Source: Candidatus Heimdallarchaeota archaeon (lineage in GTDB: Archaea; Asgardarchaeota; Heimdallarchaeia; Hodarchaeales; Hodarchaeaceae). Taken from it: DNA of 64,000 nt. The translations under genes and the position numbers were made by a program. A model generated the notes under the pieces. That model did not search any database. It was not told the DNA's origin and saw only the letters and a list, made by a program, of their open reading frames with translations. Positions 58,962 to 64,000 of the stretch are shown here, in pieces. Location of the stretch: NCBI GenBank assembly GCA_020353515.1, contig CP070695.1, forward strand, positions 3,456,050 through 3,520,049, read 5' to 3'. Each line of letters opens with the position of its first letter. Position 1 is the first letter of the stretch.

Positions 58962-60683
58962 TTACTCTGGTAAATTACATCCTTCCAACCAAATACCAGC
59001 TAGTGTTTCAAAATCAGGGGGCTCTAAGTTAATCTCTCTGTCAACAACAATGTCAAGAATTGCTGGGACTTCCGATTTGAACGCTCTTTCTAAAGCGGGT
59101 TGAATATCCTCTGGTTGGGTGACACGGACTCCAAAACACCCCATTGCTTCGGCCAGCTTGTCATATCTAACATCAAAAAAGTCAACACCAATATACCGTT
59201 GTTTGTAAACCATTTTTTGACCTGCTTTAATCATTCCATATGCCTGATCATTCATGACGATAATAACAACAGGAAGTTTTAATCGTCGTGCTGTTTCCAA
59301 TTCTTGGACATTGAACATAAATGACCCATCACCCATTATAGCATAAACTTGTTTATCAGGCTTTGCTAATTGCGCACCAATCGCATAGCCAATTCCTACT
59401 CCAAGGTGTCCTGAATCACTTGGCCATAAGAATGTATTCGGTTCATAAATTCTATTTAAATAATGAGCCCAGACTCCTGTGTTCCCTCCATCGACAATGG
59501 AAATCGCATCACGAGGGAAAAAGTCCCTAACCTCCTTTATAACCCTGAGAGGGTGAATAGGTACTTGGTTAGATTTTCCTTGTTTTAGAAAATCAGCTAA
59601 CCAAGTTTCTTGAGCACCATGACATTCTACAAGCCACTCTGAAGGACTGCGTTTAGAAATTCGCGTTTTTATTGATTTTAAAAGAAAATCGGTTGTACTT
59701 TTTGCATCACCAATAAGACCTAATCCAACTTGCCGATTTAATCCAATTACTTCAGGGTCAATGTCAATCTGAATAACCATTTGTGACTCTGATTCGCCCC
59801 AGAAAGGTGGGCGAGCCCAGAAATCTAAATCACCAAACCGACCCCCTATTAATAGAATTAGATCAGCGCCAGATTGAGCTGCAATCGCACCGTAACCCGC
59901 AGGTAACAATAATAGGGGATGATCATCTGGTAAAACACCACGAGCAAATACTGTATTAGTCACTGGACATTGTAAATATTCTGCAAGTTGTTTAATTTCT
60001 TCGCTAGCATTTGCACGTAGGGCTCCTCCTCCTACATGAATTAATGGATATTCTGCCTTTACTATTAAATCAGCTGCTTTTTCAATTAGCGCAGGTGACG
60101 CTACAGGATTAACTAAGCACCTATAATTTTCAGGTTTACAAACTGGCATCGTTAGTTCGGAGATATCATTTTTTTCAAATAAAACATCAGAGGGAACATC
60201 AAGTAAAACGGGACCAGGTTTCCCAGAAGTCGCTGCACGAAAAGCCCAGTGGACCAAGCTTGGAATTCGCCTCCAAGGGGAAACTACTGCTTGCCACTTT
60301 GTAATAGGTTTGAATAAATTAATTTGATCGAGATCCTGAGTCATTCCATGCCCAGGATAGATATTCCATGTTTGATTTTGAGCAGTAATCACAATCATGG
60401 GAATAGAGTCAGCGAATGCAGTATATACTCCAGGAACTAAATCAGCAGCACCTGGACCAACAGTTCCTAAACACACACTCGGTTCATTTGTAACTCGTGT
60501 CCATGCATCAGCGGCATTAGCGCTTGATTGCTCGTGTCGAAATGTAATGAAATCAATAGAATCCTCTTGATAGATTGCGTCAAGAATTGGATAAAGTTGA
60601 TCACCTGGGATTCCAAATACAAATTTGACCCCTTCTTGTTTAAGACAGTTGATTATTAGCTCCCCACCAGTCATTTGGACCAT
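58962..60683 (-). CDS. Thiamine-diphosphate enzyme, acetolactate synthase large-subunit-like
   Basis: VFGIPG, FRHEQ, GPGA, PGPV.LD.P.D, MGDGSF...ND..YGMI. Confidence 0.9.
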   Translation of the reverse strand: MVQMTGGELIINCLKQEGVKFVFGIPGDQLYPILDAIYQEDSIDFITFRHEQSSANAADAWTRVTNEPSVCLGTVGPGAADLVPGVYTAFADSIPMIVITAQNQTWNIYPGHGMTQDLDQINLFKPITKWQAVVSPWRRIPSLVHWAFRAATSGKPGPVLLDVPSDVLFEKNDISELTMPVCKPENYRCLVNPVASPALIEKAADLIVKAEYPLIHVGGGALRANASEEIKQLAEYLQCPVTNTVFARGVLPDDHPLLLLPAGYGAIAAQSGADLILLIGGRFGDLDFWARPPFWGESESQMVIQIDIDPEVIGLNRQVGLGLIGDAKSTTDFLLKSIKTRISKRSPSEWLVECHGAQETWLADFLKQGKSNQVPIHPLRVIKEVRDFFPRDAISIVDGGNTGVWAHYLNRIYEPNTFLWPSDSGHLGVGIGYAIGAQLAKPDKQVYAIMGDGSFMFNVQELETARRLKLPVVIIVMNDQAYGMIKAGQKMVYKQRYIGVDFFDVRYDKLAEAMGCFGVRVTQPEDIQPALERAFKSEVPAILDIVVDREINLEPPDFETLAGIWLEGCNLPE

Positions 60684-60832
60684 GAATTAAATCACACCTA
60701 TAATGATTTCACAGAAATCTCATTTTCTAAGGAATAGAGTAATTCTCAAAGCGTTAAATTGGATGTTATCTCGAAAATTAAATACCTATCCGAATGGTTA
60801 ATAAATTACTGAACTGAAAAAAGAATGAAAAA

Positions 60833-61396
60833 ATGTCTAAAGGTAATCTTACTATATCTGAAATGAGAGAAGCTGATCACCAATTCCTTCTTGACATTTG
60901 GCATATACCTCAAGTGATGCAATATGCTGACGAATTTCCTCGATTAAGAGGTTGGTCAAAATCCGATGATTTTCATGTAGCTTGGAGTGTTTATCAGCGT
61001 AAACGTGTTAAGTTAGGAAAAAATTACACACAATTGATTTTATGGTTTGATGAAAATACTCCTATTGGTGAATCCTTTTTTGCTCCCCTTAATGAAGGGT
61101 ATAAATTTGGTAAATGGGAAAAACCCGACAATGTGATATCTCTTATGGGTGATATCAAACTTTTACCACAATATTGGGGACGAGGTTTAGGCTCGAAAGG
61201 AATAAAGTTGGTAATACGCTTTGTTTTTACTAAAACAAGTTGTGAACTCTTTGTAGTACCCCCCCATAGATTAAATCCTGCAGCAAGCCGCGTTTATGAT
61301 AAAGTAGGATTTATTCCTTTTACTGGTATGAGATCTTGGCGAAATCATAAAATTATGGAAATGACTAGAAAAAGGTACAATGAAATTTATAAGTAA
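60833..61396 (+). CDS. GNAT (RimJ/RimL-like) N-acetyltransferase
   Basis: PQYWGRGLG acetyl-CoA motif, N.AA.RVY.KVGF. Confidence 0.85.
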   Translation: MSKGNLTISEMREADHQFLLDIWHIPQVMQYADEFPRLRGWSKSDDFHVAWSVYQRKRVKLGKNYTQLILWFDENTPIGESFFAPLNEGYKFGKWEKPDNVISLMGDIKLLPQYWGRGLGSKGIKLVIRFVFTKTSCELFVVPPHRLNPAASRVYDKVGFIPFTGMRSWRNHKIMEMTRKRYNEIYK

Positions 61397-61425
61397 AAGG
61401 AATTGTATTTTGGTATAAATTTACG

Positions 61426-61929
61426 CTAAATGGAATAGCCATGGATACTCTCAAGTTCACTGAGAAAATATTTTTTGTCTTCATCTTTCTTGATTTTTTC
61501 GCCTGCTTCCTTTGCTAAGGTAATATATTTCTGGAATTCAGTTTCCTTATCCAGGACTATTGCATAAGCTCTTGCCAGAGCTTCGTATGCAAAAGCGATG
61601 TCAAAATCACCAATATTATTTTCTTCACAGATTTGAAGACACCTCTTGGCATGATATTCAGCAGCATTGGGTCTTTTTAAGATCGAATACACACGTGAGA
61701 TTTGCCAGTCACCCCGTTCAAGATTCATAGGCCCAGTTTTAGGATATTTACCAGAGGAAACCACAATTCCCCAATGATATCGTGATGCATGAGCAGAATG
61801 AATCATTTCGTCATCCTCATCGGGATTTCGATCCTTTTTGTCTAATAAATCCCATGTATGATTAAATAATTGAGCGGCCATTTTTCTATGCCACTCTAAT
61901 TCAGTTAATTTTTCTTTTGTTTCAGACAT
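61426..61929 (-). CDS. Conserved helical hypothetical protein
   Basis: FNHTW.LL.K..R...ED.EMIH.AHASRYHW...RG.WQISRVY...AYEALARA; looks like a conserved uncharacterised family. Confidence 0.7.
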   Translation of the reverse strand: MSETKEKLTELEWHRKMAAQLFNHTWDLLDKKDRNPDEDDEMIHSAHASRYHWGIVVSSGKYPKTGPMNLERGDWQISRVYSILKRPNAAEYHAKRCLQICEENNIGDFDIAFAYEALARAYAIVLDKETEFQKYITLAKEAGEKIKKDEDKKYFLSELESIHGYSI

Positions 61930-62079
61930 ACTTCTATCTCCAGTTGTTCACCCTTCGTATCAGAAAAAGTATCGGGTAATGTTTGAGATACTATAACCAA
62001 TGTTTAACTAAAAATAAATTTATCACGAAATCGAAAATAGTCTGAATATTATTGAAAAAGAATTTTACGTTGATTAAAC

Positions 62080-62838
62080 CTAACTCTCACAAACGAAGAT
62101 CATGTCTACTGAATCAGATGATTGAAAGATATTTTTCTGATAATCCCCAAATACTTTAATATTCGTGAAATCAAATTTTTTTAATAGGGATATCATTTTA
62201 CTTTGATTTATGCGAAGGATATTGGCTTTACCAGTTGAAGTCATCTCCCACTTGGTGGCCTCCTTTGGTCTATAAAGAGTAAGAATCTCAGGGTGAACAA
62301 ATTTCTCTGAAGTTGAAAATCCTCGTAAAAATATGTATTCCCCTTCTGTTGTATTGATAGAACGAGGAGCTGACCATCCTGAACGTTCTTTACTTGTGTT
62401 AAGTAAATGAAAAATTAAAAGGCCTTTTGGTTTTCTTAATAGCTGAGCAAACCGTTTTATTATTCCCTCAAAATCAGATGATGCAGACATTAATCCTACA
62501 GAGTTCCCTAGGCTAATAATAGCATCGAACACTCGTTGGTTAAAAATTTTAAGGTCTAAGAAGTCGTGAACAAGCATCTCGGTTTCTGGTAATCTCGTTT
62601 TGGCCTCTTCTATCATAGTTTTCTCAATGTCAATACCAGTAACTTGATACCCCAATTTTTTGTGTAATATTTCTGCATGACGACCCGTACCACAGCCTAC
62701 TTCTAAAATTGTTCTAATTGGTGGTTGAAAATTAGTAAGAAAATATGATAAGAATGGAATTTCAGTTAATAATCTTTTTTCCCAATCAACTAATAGGTCA
62801 TAATGTTTTCCACCTGATAATAATGATGATTTTTCCAA
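62080..62838 (-). CDS. Class I SAM-dependent methyltransferase (glycine/sarcosine N-methyltransferase-like)
   Basis: YD.LVDW..RL..E, ILEVGCGTGRH, VTGID, FDAIISLGNS. Confidence 0.88.
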   Translation of the reverse strand: MEKSSLLSGGKHYDLLVDWEKRLLTEIPFLSYFLTNFQPPIRTILEVGCGTGRHAEILHKKLGYQVTGIDIEKTMIEEAKTRLPETEMLVHDFLDLKIFNQRVFDAIISLGNSVGLMSASSDFEGIIKRFAQLLRKPKGLLIFHLLNTSKERSGWSAPRSINTTEGEYIFLRGFSTSEKFVHPEILTLYRPKEATKWEMTSTGKANILRINQSKMISLLKKFDFTNIKVFGDYQKNIFQSSDSVDMIFVCES

Positions 62839-63024
62839 AGTGTAACCGTCCGTTATTTTTAGTCGTGGCCTAAAACAAGCTAGGATTTATAGTAGGACAT
62901 ATTATTTGTATTGGTTTGATTTCTGTAAGTTACAAACACTAATTAAAATTCAAATATTCTGAAGAATCTTCATTATTTACCCTAATTATACTATGAAGTT
63001 ACTTTTTATGTGAGTCTGAGTTAA

Positions 63025-63810
63025 ATGACAAAAAAATTTCTGAATGTTGCAATCGAGGCCTCGCAAAAGGCTGGCAAGTTAATCATTGATCTGTTTTACA
63101 AAGACATAGAGATTACAACTAAACCTGATCAAAGTATTATAACGGAAGCTGACTTAAAAGCTGATACCATAATAAGAAGTATTATTTATGAGAATTTTCC
63201 TTCTCATGACGTTCTCTCAGAGGAAAGTGGAAGAAGTAACCATTCTTCAGAGTATCTATGGATTATTGATCCACTAGATGGCTCAACGAATTTTTCTGTT
63301 CGGAATCCATTTATTGCAGTTTCTATCGGATTACTGAGAAGAGATCACCCTCTTTTAGGAGTAGTGTACTCTCCATTTCAGGATGAACTTTTTAGGGCAG
63401 AAATCAACAGAGGAGCTTTTTTAAATAACAAGCCCATCTCAGTTGATGAGAAAGTAGCATTTGAGAATGCATTTTTGGCGTTTGACAACGGACGAGATTT
63501 ACATTCGCGAAACAAAATGATACAAATATATAAGAGGCTTAAGGCTCGAAATAACAAAGTGCGGCAGGTAGGAGCAGCAGCTCTTGAGTTATGTTATGTT
63601 GCTTCGGGACGTTTTGGCGCTTTTATAGCACCTGGTTTGAACTCTTGGGATATACTTGCGGGGGAGCTTATTGTAAAAGAAGCTAATGGATTAACAACTG
63701 ATTTTCAAAATAACTCATTTACTTTAACATCTTCAAATATCATTGCTTCTTCTCATTCCCTTCATCCAATTTTGTTAGATATTGTAAAAGATCTGCCAAG
63801 AAAAGATTAA
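63025..63810 (+). CDS. suhB: Inositol monophosphatase family protein
   Basis: TEAD, SEE, WIIDPLDGSTNF, GAAALELCYVASG, WDILAG. Confidence 0.92.
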   Translation: MTKKFLNVAIEASQKAGKLIIDLFYKDIEITTKPDQSIITEADLKADTIIRSIIYENFPSHDVLSEESGRSNHSSEYLWIIDPLDGSTNFSVRNPFIAVSIGLLRRDHPLLGVVYSPFQDELFRAEINRGAFLNNKPISVDEKVAFENAFLAFDNGRDLHSRNKMIQIYKRLKARNNKVRQVGAAALELCYVASGRFGAFIAPGLNSWDILAGELIVKEANGLTTDFQNNSFTLTSSNIIASSHSLHPILLDIVKDLPRKD

Positions 63811-64000
63811 GTTTTATGAAGAGATGAATATTAATTATCAAAATACTTTAATGATAATTCTGAAACATTTTCAATATACTTGAGTCCTTTACTCATAAAT
63901 TTACTAGAAAAAATCAAAAAAGAGTTTTTTCTAATGCTTTTAGATTAGTAGCAATGCAGGTCTTGGGTAATACGTGGTTAGTACGTTCTCTTATAAGTTC

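Noticed and set aside
1641-59282. Many short ORFs in the track antisense to or overlapping longer genes (e.g. 1641..2006, 17442..18005, 18822..19190, 27600..29270 set, 40972..41367, 49627..49893, 26612..26806)
   Set aside because: They are shadows of well-supported genes on the opposite strand or another frame and have no recognisable motifs.
1-64000. CRISPR arrays, tRNA/rRNA genes, IS elements, prophage genes
   Set aside because: No regularly spaced repeats, GC-rich structured RNA blocks, transposases, integrases or capsid-like ORFs were recognised by eye; tRNAscan-SE and Infernal would be needed for certainty.
63811-64000. Possible gene end entering from the right edge on the minus strand
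   Set aside because: All three minus frames hit stops within about 30 codons of the edge, so there is too little to support a call.

Overview
AT-rich, gene-dense archaeal chromosomal segment, most likely from an Asgard archaeon (Heimdallarchaeia/Hodarchaeales-like; this is an inference). The basis is several eukaryotic-signature-type proteins (a profilin, three longin-fold proteins, a DENN-domain protein and a probable CCDC47/DUF1682 homologue) alongside archaeal housekeeping genes such as F420:NADP oxidoreductase. Main structures: (1) a chemosensory cluster at 40.7-52.8 kb whose operon starts with a longin-domain gene, contains a six-CheW-domain protein, is flanked by two cheB paralogues, and has no MCP, CheD, CheF or archaellum gene in the window; (2) a tandem pair of double-longin paralogues; (3) six dispersed Eco57I/TaqI-like amino-methyltransferases with no recognisable endonuclease; (4) a class II (bacterial/eukaryotic-type) CCA-adding enzyme fused to an apparently circularly permuted P-loop kinase; (5) a module of an APC permease, a metallophosphoesterase and two nucleotidyltransferase-fold proteins; (6) several probable pseudo-enzymes, and three genes whose conserved coding sequence begins upstream of any ATG/GTG/TTG. 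No rRNA, tRNA, CRISPR array or transposase was recognised. All family calls come from reading motifs by eye, not from database searches.
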